Shown here: in pieces, positions 38,862-52,150 of the stretch
Position numbering within the stretch: position 1 is the first letter of the stretch
How the letters are laid out: each line of letters begins with the position of its first letter
NCBI GenBank assembly: GCA_976551045.1
Contig: CDPCPM010000106.1
Coordinates: forward strand, 23,684,001-23,748,000
Source: Glaucostegus cemiculus
Lineage: Eukaryota
Reading direction: 5' to 3'
DNA: 64,000 nt
The notes under the pieces: model-generated
Told to the model about the DNA's origin: nothing
Seen by the model: only the letters and a program-made list of their open reading frames with translations
Databases searched by the model: none
Translations under genes and position numbers: made by a program

Positions 38862-41800
38862 CTGTTTAATATAAATTAGACTAATTAATATTCTGGATGC
38901 TAAATAGCTGGTCCTCCTAGAAGGTGAAGCACATATAATTAGTGATAATAAACACTCACACCCATGTATTCAAGTGCATAATATCTCCAGTGAAACAAGC
39001 ATTAAAGAGAGGCTGACACTCTCAGGTGATAGTATGCTATGAATAAGTACTTAGATCAGCTCAGATTGTTATTACTGAGCTTTCACACTCAAAGATCTGT
39101 GGGGCGAAACTCATTTACTTCGGCACTAGGGATATGTTTGATTACTTTTGAGGTCTGGGTGCAATAAACTGGTTAATTCAGGCTCAGTGCACCAAATGCA
39201 ACTCAATGAAACCTGACAACATCAGGGTACCAGTGCCCAGGGTCAAGGAGCAACAGCTGTGGTATATTGTAATATCATAACAACTTCCACATGTCTTCTC
39301 CAACAGACCATTTCTGGAGATAAATATTTGGACAACACTCCCATGTTAAGGTGTATGGGTTTGCATTAGTGACATGGATGCTGACTACAAGGCACAATGT
39401 GAACATTTTGTGTGACTTGTTCATATTGCATTTATTAGCAAGTTTTTGCAATGCTTCTAAATGATAATCTGTTGATCAATTTGTGGCCAATATTTTTCCC
39501 TCAACCATCACCACCAAAGCAGACTACCTGGTCATAACTATAGTTCTGTCAGTAGAACCTATTTGTAAGCTAATTGGCTGCCACACTCGTTACTTTTGCA
39601 GACCACAGCATTGCAAAGATGCTTAATTTGTTGTAAAATGCTTTTGGACACCCAAGTTCATGAAGTGTCTCTTCAAATTTTTCATTTTTCTTTTGGATTT
39701 TCACTTGGATATATCTTCTACTTGGGTTCCGAGGCTACACACTTACCAATTAAAAACCCTCCCTTGAGAAAATAATCTTAGTAGATAGCTGTCAGTCACC
39801 AGGAGCAGTTTTTACAGTTAGGTTGTGATAGTGGACCTGAAGGTTTCCTTGCATCAGTATTCATCATCTAACCTAATCCATGATTTACTTATTTTTGCAT
39901 TTCACCATTAGCTAATTCTTTTAACTTCAAGAAAAGCCTACTAAACTGATAGTAAAATAATTCTGTTAACTGGTAGTGAATTCTCCCTCTGAAGTTTTGT
40001 GGGCACAGCATTAATTCCCTCTGGTAATTTTTAACTACCTTGTCTGCTTCATCTTAATGGCCTTTAGCAGTTGACTGAATTTTGACAGCAGTAAGAACCT
40101 TGTAGCATAATCAAATATTTTGTGTAAATTTTATTAACCATGGGCTCATGGAGAATTGATTTTCATTGCTCTCGAATCAAAGTCACAGCTCTTATTCTTG
40201 ATTCTTGTTTGTGTAAACGCATGCCTTTCAAACTTTTACAATCTTTACAAAATACATAAAAATCATAAAAATTCTCATTTTTGAAACTTCTTGTCAGCTC
40301 AATGTCCCAAAATACTTCATATGAAAAATTATTGAGTGTAGAGACTATTGTTATGCAGACATGCACATTAATAACTCTATTTCTGTGCAAGACATTTATG
40401 ATTTACAGATTACTACCTTTAACATGATTAACTTATGTCTTATTATTAAAGATTCAAAGGTCACCTGTTACATTATGTAAATACTATGTCAGGTTTTTAT
40501 TTCCAAAGGCTAGTTAATTTATCCTTCATTTTCAACTTTATTGAAAATATTCTGCTCTAGAAGTTCCAATACAAATCATATCTTAATAATCACGAACAGC
40601 ATATAAATTATATTATGTGATCTGTCCAATTATCGGCCATGCTATTGTTTGTCTTAACCTTATCTTCCTCACATTTTCAGAACAAATTGGTCCATTTCGT
40701 CTTTATTTTACAAACAATCTTTCTGATGGTCCTTGATATCTACAGCTGCTAGACATTTTCTGCTAAAATTACATTATCTGGTAACTTCCTGAATGGAATT
40801 TGGAATCTTCAGTGCTAATTGCATTAAAGTGATCCAGGGACATAACATAGTGAGTCATCATTATGACTTCCCATGGTGGATTACCATGACTGATTATCCA
40901 TTCCCACCAATTTGTCACAGCAGACCTTTTCTGGAAGCAAGCAGTGGTTCAGCTGTCCATTCACTCCAAAATGTTGAGCTGCAAGAAACTAATGAATTGA
41001 GTATATTAATTTAGAAAGACAATTATTTCAAGTTTCTGAACACAGTGTTCAACTTGACACTCTTTTACGCCAACAGTTAATAAACACAATTACATCATTC
41101 TAATGCCTTACTTGATTGCTCAAAATGAATGGGCAGAACAGTGGCAGATGAAGTGTAATGTGGTCCAGTATGGGGTGTACTTAAAAAGGACAAATTGGAA
41201 CATCTTCCATCTGTTAAGAAACTGGGTACTGTAGAAGACAGAAGAGAATTGGTATGCAAATCATAAGTTGCCTCATGAATTATAGAATTACACATTTTTA
41301 GTAAATTGCCTACTTCTGTTGCAGGTAAGTGAACTCCTGATCTAAGCACAATCCTGATTTAAGTATAAAAACTCTTGGATAAATGTTGGCTCAACTATGT
41401 TGCTCAAAACTGCAGTGTCTCCTCTCCAATGCCAATTAGTGTAGTAGGAAGTGCAACGTTAATCGTCCTTGCTCCTCTTTTATATTGTGGATTTATTTCT
41501 ACTGAGTAACCTACAGCCTTTCAATCCATTTTCTCCTGCCTGTTTCTTCCCCCTTTTCACCCCCCTACTTAACTAAAATGATTGCTTACCCGTCACTTCT
41601 TATTTCTCAGAAAGGGTTCTACACAGAAAGTTAACATTTTTTCCTCTTAACAGATGCCAAATGGTCTGCTTTGTTCCTCTGTGTTCTGCTTTTGATTCAG
41701 AAAGAGTTTGTGAGCAGTAAACAAAATCCAGAAATCTTTCCTTATTCACTCTATTACATCTCTGATTCACGAGGGCCACGTTCCAAGAAAGTGATAGTTG

Positions 41801-42129
41801 TAGTAAGTGGTTTATAAATATTTAATCTTGGTAATGTTTACAATGTTTCCCATTGTGCTAGCAGATGTGCTGTTTGTTTGTCATAAGATGCCTTATGACT
41901 TTGTTTTTATTGAACCTAACCCTTGCATTCAGTGCATCAAGTGCCTACAACATATCCAGAGACAACCACTGCCACATTTCAGTACCAATCTTTTCATTCC
42001 TTGTCCTGTAATATATTGATGGAGTGCCTATGCCTGTTTGTGGAGATGAATTTGGATTCCTAGACCTTCCTAATGTTATGGTGATATACATTAGGAGATG
42101 GTGCACAAGACCCATCTGGGGTAGGGTGA

Positions 42130-42480
42130 GAGAGAGGAATTCATGGACATGATGACCTTGACTGACATTGGCAAGGTGGTTCACGTTTTTCTGTAATTTT
42201 TCCTGCAACATGTGACAGATCATTGTGACCATCTCCTTCATGAACTGGTGTCTTCTGAGGCATCATCTTTCACTGATAAGAACTGATCACAGAACATTCT
42301 CACTGAATAAGGTCTCCAGCTGATGAACATTTTCCACCTCCTCCCTCTTCCAGCAGGTTGTGTATTCTAGTAGGCTGTCAGACCTTCCCCCTCTCTTCCC
42401 ATCATGATCCACTAGCTGGCTACTAGAGTCTCAACGTCTGTTGCTGAGAAGGTACAGTTGAAGACTCCACTCACGTCCAT
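42130..42480 (-). pseudogene. Remnant N-terminus of a PIF/Harbinger (HARBI1-like) transposase
   Basis: Manual translation LISER*CLRRHQFMKEMVTMICHMLQEKLQ, then after a frameshift TTLPMSVKVIMSMN. This matches the remembered pattern SExQCLRRLRFxKExVTxxCHLLQ..LPVAVKVTxALNF. Confidence 0.6.
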
Positions 42481-43049
42481 ATTTGTTTCTTGCTAGCCAA
42501 GGCCTGCACTGCTCTCTAAACCTCAATTTCCAATTCCCTTAAGAATGCAAGCAATTGATTACTTTTTCACCTGTACAGAAGGGGAGCAGTGTGTCCATCA
42601 AGTGCCTGGATTCTTGTGCATGCTTGGCAGAGTGCAATAACAGGATCACCACAGCAAAATTTGGCAAAGGCAGCTTCAAATCAGCAGCAAATAAGAACTA
42701 AGATTATGCAGTGCTCACACTGAATACTTCCAGCACACATAGGCAATGCATGTCTTACCCAATTTGCCACTCATGCTAAGATGTGTACAGCAAATGAGAA
42801 GCATTCAAAACGTTGAAGAAAACTCTGCTGTGGAGCTCACTTGCGAGGCAATTATCAATTTAACACATTTCACTGACTGGGAATGTGACATTGACATCTT
42901 AAGCTTCTTACCAACAAGACATGTGTAACTAACAGTACAAATATGGCCACTATTTATAACTAAAGAACAAACAGCAAAGAAAATGAAGATAGCGTAGCAT
43001 TCTAGAAATACCAGACTATCAGGCAGAGAGGTTGGATACAAACATTGAT

Positions 43050-43172
43050 AAATCCTGATGCAGTATTTCAACCTGAAACCTTGATAATTCCTTCCTCCCA
43101 CAGATGGTGCTCGACCCACTGAGTTCCTCCAGTAGATTGTTTGTTGTTCCAGGTTACAGCATCTGCAGCCTC
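43050..43172 (+). mobile_element. Penelope-derived arm with a degenerate hammerhead
   Basis: atc-ctgatgc-agtatttcaacct-gaaac-ctt-gat followed by cacagatggtgctcgacccactgagttcctccag...cagcatctgcag. Confidence 0.6.
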
Positions 43173-44770
43173 TTTTGGCTTGATAAATATATATAGAAAA
43201 CTTTGCTAGGTGAATTCATATTTGCACTGCAAGTGGGATAAATAATTGCCAAGTCTAGAGCCAGCCTGTAGATATCCCTTCCATTAGTGGATAGATTATT
43301 GTTCCGATGGTATGCTGTTTTGTCTTAAACATTGTTGTTTTAAAATTGTAATTCATCATGATTGGTTTTCTCAATAGGTGCTGCACTTGGCACAATAGCC
43401 AATGGCTCCCCCTAACCAAAAACAAATAAGGAACTTGTGAACATTTACCTTTAAGAAAGTTGAGAGAACTGTTCTGTCAGTAATTGCAATGAAACATGAT
43501 CTGTGGAGTTCCCTGTGGCAGCTTCCTCAGAGATGGCACCCATTGCAGTAATGCTGTTGGAGATCATGGAAAGCGAGTTCCCAATCTTAAAGTGGCTCTT
43601 TCCATGACAGCCAGATTACAGCAGGTTTCACTGTGGCAGAGGAGAATACTAGGGAAATGTGGGAGGGGAACATGTCTTAAGTCTGTAAGGTGATATCCCT
43701 TTCCCTTGCAATTATCTGTACAGATTGACTGCTATGCCAAAGATGCAGCAGAGGTTGCAGCATATATCTCTGGCATGCATTGCTGCAATAAGTACTGAGA
43801 GACTAGATAATAATGTGTAAAATACAGAGAGCATTAAAATAGTGTCAGGTAGATGCAGACAGTACACAATGATGACACAGAGGGAACTATTTAATTCATG
43901 TCTTTTTGCCAACATGCTGCAGGGTTTGGTCTGTTTATATTAAGTTAAAAAAGGTCATAGGTTGCACATTATTCCTCCAACTTCCGTCAGGAAGACTGAG
44001 ATGAGCACTTCACACGTCAATGTTGTCGTTACATGCATGAATGATGCCAGAGAATCATCAGCTGTGTTAAAGTGAACTATGCCTGGAAGTGCTTGGTTCA
44101 ATTTCACAGGAAGTGGTTGATTTTGCATTAAAACATGCTGGAAAGCCACTTTTCTTACTAAACAAGATTTGTGGATTAAAAAGGGGGCAAATGGACTGGG
44201 GTTCTAGCAATTTGTTATCCTGTCCCACTCCAAGGGTTGAAGTGTAGAAGCTGGTGGCAAGAATGGGGATATAGAAGAGATGGGACATATTTAATCATAA
44301 TATATGGTATATCATTAATAATTAATTTAATGCTCTTTAAGTGCACCTCTTTCCCTTTTGGTGATCAAATGCAACATTTTCTGCATGTGCTGAAGAGATT
44401 TTTATTTTTTGTGCAAATTAGTTTGCAACACTCTGAAATATCTCTTCTGACTCTTTAACACTGTAGAAATTTACTTGCATTGTAATTGCTCAGGATTTCT
44501 CATGCTAATGTAGATACAAGATTTTGTTTAATTTTGATGTTTGAATCATACTGGCACCACATCTCATCTACATGTACTGAGTTGGTTCACAGTATCAAAG
44601 GGACATTTCTAACCTCATTAAAAAAAGAACTTGCTAACAAATAACTGATTTATTTCAGAGATAAACTTTGACCAAAATTTCACATCTGATGGAGTTTATA
44701 TTTTTTGACCTAGGCATGGATAGCACAGATTTGGTTCGATAAATAGTCATGAATATGTAACAGTTCACTT

Positions 44771-44776
44771 TTTATT
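44771..44776 (-). terminator. Probable polyadenylation signal AATAAA of C1orf216 (3' UTR about 1.7 kb)
   Basis: TTTATT on the + strand at the end of an apparently repeat-free AT-rich stretch downstream of the stop codon. Other TTTATT hexamers occur nearby (44401, 44650). Confidence 0.45.
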
Positions 44777-46439
44777 ACATTGATAATTGCATGTCAGAGA
44801 TTCCTATTAATCACACACATCATGGTGATGGTAGTCATTATTCAGAAAAGAAGTTGCAACCACATTTGGGGAAACGTTCACAAAGATCAGAAGTCAAAAC
44901 AAAATTGCAGCACATATGGAATAACCTTTTTTTCAGTCCACTTGCTTGACATTACACATGATATTAGCTATTTTTACAATAATCATGCCTACATGAATAT
45001 CCAAGTGTTTTAAACAAACCATAAAGAAAAAAGTATTGTGGTTTCAGACTTGCAGAGAACCCTTTCCGTCCAATAATGTTCAATCCAATCCACGAGAGGG
45101 TTTCCTCAAATTTCACACACGCACTATCCAACCAATAGGTCGGTTTACGCAGTTTCAGAACCCAGGCTTTCCTTATAAAAGGTCCATCCTACAAAATATT
45201 GTTCAGTTCACAATGCTTTGCTGCCCTTATGGCCAATGCAATTTCTGACTTAAGAGTGCATCTTATGAACCTTATCCATCAACAAATGATCCCCATGAGC
45301 CAATGGATACAATACAGTTATTATACATGCTAACTTTTTATATAGTCTTTACACTTTTGTTAAAAGTTGAGTATCTGTTATAGCTACTGCAACTTTTCTA
45401 TATCCCGCATCTAATAAATAATTAGTGTTTGCAAATAAGCTTACAATCATTGATTCATGAGTTCCAAAATAAAAGGGCTATGATTATAATTCATATCCTA
45501 TTATAATACGAATAAAAGGATACTTCATCTGTTAACATATTTCTCTAATTCCATTTAATACCATTTGTCAAAAAGTCAACCAATTACATCTTAACCAATA
45601 AAAGTGTCAATGTGTTTCAAATATACAAAGATTTTAAGCATAAGTTATATCCAACCCAAGATTCCTGATAATAAAGCAAACAAAAGTTGGACTAATATCA
45701 GGATCTGTAACAGGACCTCATGTACAGATTTTAAGCACCAAGGTAAATCCTTGGCTCCTTTTATGGTCCTTATTTTTCAGAAATCAAATATCAACTTCAA
45801 CTTAGAGGGAGAAGGGAAACAATCCTGAAGCAACACTAGTGCATCAATTGTCTATCACTCTAATTGTTTGCTGAGGAACATGGAAGTCATTTAAAAAAAG
45901 TTACATTTAAAAGGACAGCAATGTATGTAATTAGTTTAACATCAAGGAATAGTGAAATGGAAAAAATATAGTTCTGCAACATAACAACTGCAAAATGCAG
46001 TAGCACAAGATCCTAACGTAACCTTTTTTGACTGGAGGTAGCCCTTCTAGATCATACAGGGAAGCAACATTAGTTTTCTTTTTACAAAATAACCACAGAT
46101 CTCAGTAGAGATTAAGTGATTACCATAACCAACAATTTGACCAAGTGCTGTGTCCCAATTAATCTCCTTTGTTTAACCATGTTTTTCTATTGCATCTCAG
46201 AAGGCAGCCTTAAAAATAGGGGAAATGTCAATTCTAGAAGCAGCAAGAAAATGGATAAAAAATCCTCTCATCCTGTCAAACAAAAAATACATTAATTTGC
46301 TTACATTTTCTGTCTTCATAAACTGAGTTTCTAAGATGAATAATTGAGTTTTAATAAACCTGATTGCAGTAGAGAAGGTTGTTACTGAGGCTTGTGAGAC
46401 TCCAAAACAAAATGTTTTCGTGGATTGGTCATCTTCTTA

Positions 46440-47264
46440 CTAAATGACTCCCTGTTTGATAAACTTGAGCAGCTCTTTGCGGTTGCTCAAGATGGTGTCA
46501 TAACTCTCCTGCAGCCGGTTTTGATGGTCCACTACTTTCTGCTTGAGGCTGCGGATCCATCGCAGCAAGGCCAAGCGGCGGTACATGACCACTTGGGTTT
46601 GGTGCTTCTCTTTCTCTTGCTCCTTGAATCTTTGTTTCTCTTGAAGACTCTGGACTGCCTCAAATATTGATGGCAGGAAGGAATCTGCAGCAGGTGGAGT
46701 CCCTGGAATGCTTTCAACCTCAGCTTCTGTGGTTTGTTGCCAAGCATCGAGCTTATCTCCCTTGACAGTTTCAGATGTCTCCCAGATGCTTCCTTCCACA
46801 CTATCAGGGCTTTCAATACTCAAGCAGCTGCTGGAATAACCATTGTCATCTGAAGGAGAGACAGCAAACTCTTCACAATCCTTAACCTTGTTAAGTTTGC
46901 TGGGGTGGCCCACTTCAGCTCCCTCTGGTGGAATTCGGACACGCTCCGCAGAAGGTGGTCTGGTCCTCCCCGATTCCAAACTCAAAGATCCGACCACAGT
47001 GAAAGAACTGCCCTTCTCTTTCTTCATTTGCAAATTCGGTTCATTTTTCAGTTTCGGACTATTTCTGAATGTGGTCCCATCAGACTGAAGCTGACCGAAG
47101 TTCTCATTCTTGTTATATAGCTCTACCACAAAGTTAGAATTCTTGTCCTGTTTGACATCTGTCATACCAATGGCTTCACTCCTGAGTTGTAGATCATGTG
47201 TTCCATTGCAAAGCTGAGAATTTGGAGAAACTTCAAGGGCTCCTGGTGCCTCAATAGCAAACAT
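46440..47264 (-). CDS. C1orf216: UPF0500 protein C1orf216 homolog (DUF4653), 274 aa, single coding exon
   Basis: Longest ORF in the window. Motifs match remembered vertebrate C1orf216: N-terminal MFAI, NSNF..NEN, RxPPEGAE, SPxDDNGYSSSxLSI, and the C-terminal coiled-coil block KEQEKEKH..VMYRRLALLRWIRxL...QxRLQESYDTILxNRKEL. A minus-strand splice acceptor (tatatttttcAG, AG at 47285-47284) lies 19 nt upstream of the ATG. Confidence 0.95.
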   Translation of the reverse strand: MFAIEAPGALEVSPNSQLCNGTHDLQLRSEAIGMTDVKQDKNSNFVVELYNKNENFGQLQSDGTTFRNSPKLKNEPNLQMKKEKGSSFTVVGSLSLESGRTRPPSAERVRIPPEGAEVGHPSKLNKVKDCEEFAVSPSDDNGYSSSCLSIESPDSVEGSIWETSETVKGDKLDAWQQTTEAEVESIPGTPPAADSFLPSIFEAVQSLQEKQRFKEQEKEKHQTQVVMYRRLALLRWIRSLKQKVVDHQNRLQESYDTILSNRKELLKFIKQGVI

Positions 47265-48279
47265 TCTGATTTACTTCAAAAAGCTGAAAAATATAGCATT
47301 ACAGATACATATGGAGAATCATATTATCATATAACAAATCTTTTATAACATGGTAAGCTACTAAAAATTTAATGATGGAAGATCATAAAAAGACATAAAT
47401 GCAAATCTGTCTTTTCTTTTGTGTTGACTACTTTGGGACCTCAGGTCATCATAAAACTGCTTTTGTGCATAGTAACCATTATTATGACAGAAATCATGAA
47501 GCTAGAAGAGTCATAGTTTCAGTAGCATCTTAAGTCAGTTTGACAGGTACTCATAGAGCTCTTGTTCCTACATTCTGAGTTCCATTTTGACCACACTGTT
47601 TTAAGTTTTTGAATTTTGACCATTGTTCCAATCCAAAAATAGTCAGGCAAAATAAACTCCAGTCCCAAGACACGAGATATAATTTAGAGTGGACTTTAGG
47701 AGCAAAGGACATTTAATTGTTTTACTTGTGATATGTGCCAATGTGCATTATTGTGATAATCTTTTGGCCCCGAATCACTACCAAAGCACCATACAAAGAC
47801 AACAATGTAAGCTTAAAACTAGACATTTAAAGTTTTTAAAATGGAGAATAAAAAGCATTGGAACTAATTTCATGTGTTAGAGGATGGGGTGAGGGATCAA
47901 GTAAATGTTGTGTGGGGGGGCATTAAGGTCCAATACGGAGACCCTTCTTGGACATTGTTTGGCGTGGTGTGAGCACACTTGATTTTGAGCACTTCTTTCT
48001 TTGAAGCCACTTCTTTAGCTACTTAGCGGGCTGGATCATATCAAAGCACATTGGTCAAGATCCTGGGAAATATAAGTATTCTATATATCGTGTTCAAAAG
48101 CAAAGCGTCGAACTACAAGAGACCAGGGAATTTGGACAACATGACGTTCATTACGCTGAATCATTGTGGATCAACAAATCACAAGACCAAAAATAAAACA
48201 GTAATCGCTAATCAAAAGGGTAATAATTAAATGGTAATTATATTCAAATCCTGATCATATTGCACTTGTTTCCAGTTAC

Positions 48280-48336
48280 CTGAATAGAGAAGATATGTAG
48301 GATCTTGAGGCTTCTCAGAAGAAATGTGAAACACAT
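48280..48336 (-). other. Candidate 57-nt internal 5' exon of C1orf216
   Basis: On the minus strand: pyrimidine-rich acceptor ttgttttctttactatcactgcAG and donor CAG|GTAACT, about 1 kb upstream of the coding exon. Confidence 0.4.
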
Positions 48337-48495
48337 CTGCAGTGATAGTAAAGAAAACAAATTCACCTTCATTAGTTTCTGTTTTGTTGATCAATAATCT
48401 ACCAAAGTTACTTTAACACCACCATTTTCTTCCTCTGCAACTGTCTCCAACTCTACTTATTCCATATGCATCGCAAATGAAATTCTACTCTTCAT

Positions 48496-48680
48496 GTGGC
48501 AGTGACACCATGGTACAGGTATGTGTTGCTGCCTCACAGCTCCTGCAATCAGCCTTTGATCCTGACCTCTTTTGCTGTCTGCGTAGAATTTGAAAGTTCT
48601 CCCTGTGACCAGGCACTTCAGTTTCCTCCCACATTCCAAAGATGTGCTTTTTTGGTAGATTCATTGGCTGCTGTAAATTA
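48496..48680 (+). mobile_element. Older V-SINE-like SINE
   Basis: gctgcctcacagctcc...gttctccctgtgacc...gtttcctcccacattccaaagatgtgc. Confidence 0.7.
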
Positions 48681-48685
48681 AACCT

Positions 48686-49025
48686 AGAACGTAACAGTGC
48701 AGGACAGGAGCAGACCCTTCAGCCCATGAAGTTGTGCCAAACTAATTAAGATAATTATGTCTAATTGAAGTAATCTCTTCTGCATATGATTCACATCCCT
48801 CCATTCCCTGCATATTCACGTGTCTATCATATCTGCCTCCACTACTACCCCTGGCAGCACAATCCAGACACTCACCGCTCTCTGTAAAAAAAAACTTGCC
48901 CCACACAGCTCCTTTAAACTTTCCCCTTCTCACCTTAAATTCATGCCCTCTAGTATTAGACATTTCAACCCTGGGCAAAAGATACTGGCTAGTTACTCTG
49001 TCTATGCCTCTAATAATTTTTTAAA
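48686..49025 (-). mobile_element. CR1 LINE 3' end inserted in the SINE tail
   Basis: ORF 48742-48978 PRVEMSNTRGHEFKVRRGKFKG..GKFFFT. Confidence 0.85.
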
Positions 49026-51529
49026 CTTCTACTCCTGGGTTGCAGGAAAGAGAATGGATTGGAGGAAAATAGATGGGGTAATGGGATTGGTGGGATTGCT
49101 TTGAGAACCAGCATAGACTTGATGGGCCAAACTGCCTCCTCTACATCACAATATGTTAAGGATCCACCAACAATTACAAATACCTCCAAGATATTCAGCA
49201 TCTTCCAGTGGTCATGCCACATCCTGATCTCTGCACTTAATGCCATACGCCACACATGTCTGCTATTTACCTCTCTTCAGCTGCAGACTATTTCAAAACC
49301 TCCATCACCCTTTGCCCGTCATTCTATGTCCACTCACGTAACAGGGATCATAATCTATAACAACCCTTGTGAATCACTGCACTTCCAGATCTTTCCTTCC
49401 TTTAAACTTACTGCAATCCTACCTTCTTCCAAAATCAACCACTGTTGTGTTTTCTTTACTCCGTCTGACTTTCTACTCTCTGACTCCAGACAATCAACCC
49501 TCAGTAGAAATCTCTGCTGCATCCCTACCTCAAAAAAGAGCATACATATAATGTTGTTGGACATTTTTATCCACTGCCTTTGTTCCAATATCTAGTTCTT
49601 TGTTCAGGAGCCTTTTCCCAGACAGTTGGACTTTTCTCTCAAAATCCAGAACTCTCAGTTCGCCCAGACCATCTCGTCTGGCCTTTAAACCTCCCCATCT
49701 CTTCTTTCAAAACTCTCACAGCAACAATCAACAGCCCCAATGTCTCTACTCTGCTAACTCAAACTAACCTACCTACCCCAGACTGTAACAATCTGCTAGC
49801 AGCACCTGCGTTATATCTGAGGTAAGAACAGCATGATTGACTTTAGCTTTCAATAGTTAGGAACCAAAAAATAAAAAGATTTACTTGATTTAAAATGGAA
49901 GGCAGACAGGGAAATGCTTTTTCTGTTAAGATAAAGCCATTTTGATGCTTAAAAAATTAGTGAATGTGCTTTTGTGTTAAACTGCCATTTCTGAAATACT
50001 GTCAAAACGAGTCACATATTACAATGAAGTAACAATAACCATAAATCATTATCCCTTTACAGGATGACTGACAATGTTTTGTTTGCTTGGCTACTTCAAA
50101 AGAAATGGCTTTACATAAAGGAACTTCCAGAAGATAAAGAGCTTGAATACGAGTCTTGAGTTCTGGACACAGATATTGCATGTTCCATTGGGACACAATG
50201 TTTATCTACTCCACTTGCAAACTCTTATCTGAAAGTTTATGACTCTACAGTCAATTGTAAAACACCAGTTTTCAGGAAAAGGTTTCCTCTGGAGGCTGAA
50301 CCAGTTCTTTTTCCTTTGAGTAGTTTGCCAAGCTCTCTCTATTTCTGTGGATCACTTCAAAGTAAATGTGAATTGATGTAGGGTGAGACACTTTACTGAG
50401 CTCCTGCCTACCTTTCCAGATGATATAAATATCCAAAGGCTGAAGAAAGCAGAAGGATTTGCTTAGTGCACTGGCCGATATTTAATCTCATCAACCTCAC
50501 CAACACAAATTTTCTAGTCAATTACATTGGTGGTAATCATGGGACTATGTTATACAGAAATTGGCTGTTACATTACCCTTCATTATAAAAGGTAATTGTA
50601 CTTTCAAAGTACTTCACTGGCTCTGAAGCAGCTCATAACAGGCTCAAAAAGGCACAACATATAAAAGTTACTTCTTTGCTTTCAATATTAATTTAGCTTC
50701 TATAAAGTTGCTTCATCAGCAATGGATCAATATCAAGGAACCCTTGCACTGTGGAGCATCTTCAACAGCAACTACCAAAGAGCCATTAAAATATTAAATG
50801 CTGGCTTTGAGAATAATAAAAAAATGAGAGATGCATTTTTCCATAAGAAATGTGAAAGTAACAATGTGCAATTCACACAATTACCTTAATTACAATTGAA
50901 TGTTAAACGTGGTTAAGCAGGGAGCTAAGATAATTATTTCAGCTGTTAACAAGTTCTACAAATCAAACCATATCAAGGTAGTTACACAAAGGAAAGTTTT
51001 GGTAAAATATTGCAGTATTCCAACACCATTTAAGTCTTCCAAATCTGAAAAAGAATCCAATTATTTTAGGCATCATGAAATATCATAGAATTGTCTGGAA
51101 CAAGCATTGAGAACACTCTGCCTGCACGCATGATGACCAAATGATTGCCTGAAGTCATGAACTCTGTAACTCAAGCCAATCCGAGGTTCTGCATAGAATG
51201 AGAATTCACAGATCATTCGCTGATGTATTTTCTGCTCCTAACAACCAAGAAAAGTGCAATAAAAAATAAATAAGATTCATTGAGTGAAACATTCTGCAGG
51301 GTTCTTTGCCACCTGCTGATGTGCCTTTGTAACAGTACTCATTTTACTTGGAGTCCATTGAGACACTTTAGTAAAAAGCTTGTCTGACTACTTGCAAAAA
51401 GCAGTGTGCTCTTGCCTGGCAAAGCAAAATAAACCAAGGATAAAATTAAAATAAATCTGCATGATGTTTACAGAAATTGTCTAGGCTTATGAATCAAATA
51501 CCACAGTCATTTTTAATGAATTCACTGTT

Positions 51530-52150
51530 GCTGTTAAGAGCAGTATTTATTGCCCAGCACTTAATCCCTTGGTGAACTACCTTATGAAACATAGCTGTCC
51601 ATATGGTGAAGGTATTCCAACAGTGCTGCTTACATAGGAAGTTCCAGGATTTTGACTCAACAACCTTGGAGAAATAGTAATTAATTTCCATATCAGAATG
51701 GTGTATGGCTTGGGAGATGAACTTTCAGATGGAGCCATGTATCTGTTCTACATGTCCTGATAGGGCAGCAAGTCACAGGTTTGTGAGGTGCTGCCAAAGA
51801 AACTTTGGCAAGTTGCTGCAGTACATCTTGTAGACGGTACACACTGCAGTCATGTGGCACAGGGGAGATGACTGATGTGGTGACTGAGGGTTTAGTCAAG
51901 TGGGTTACTTTGATCTGCATGGTATTGAGTTTCCTGAGCATTAGAGCTGCAGTCATCAAGGCAACTGGGCAATATTCCATCATAACCCTTACGTGCCTTG
52001 TAGATGCAAGAAAGGCTTTGGGGAGTTAGGGCATGACCCAGTCACCACAGAATATCCAGCCCCTCATCACCTTGAGTAGCCACATGACTCGTGACTGTTC
52101 TAGTTAAGTTTCTGGTTGCTAGTGAACTGCCTCTTCCAAAATACTGATGC
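51530..52150 (-). mobile_element. CR1/L2-group LINE 3' part
   Basis: gttgctgcagtacatcttgtagacggtacacactgcag is the reverse complement of the family segment at 58950-58985. Confidence 0.65.

Noticed and set aside
1-44000. Exons of syntenic neighbours such as PSMB2, CLSPN or TFAP2E
   Set aside because: No recognisable peptide from these genes in the ORF track or by inspection. Exons under 60 codons could have been missed.
43500-44150. Second Harbinger Myb-like remnant
   Set aside because: Only vague similarity on translation; not supportable by eye.
46425-47120. Antisense and alternative-frame ORFs overlapping C1orf216
   Set aside because: Short, with no recognisable product; shadows of the real CDS.
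49059-49595. 178-aa ORF
   Set aside because: Spans a repeat tail and degenerate LINE-like sequence, starts at a non-ATG codon and has no recognisable domain.
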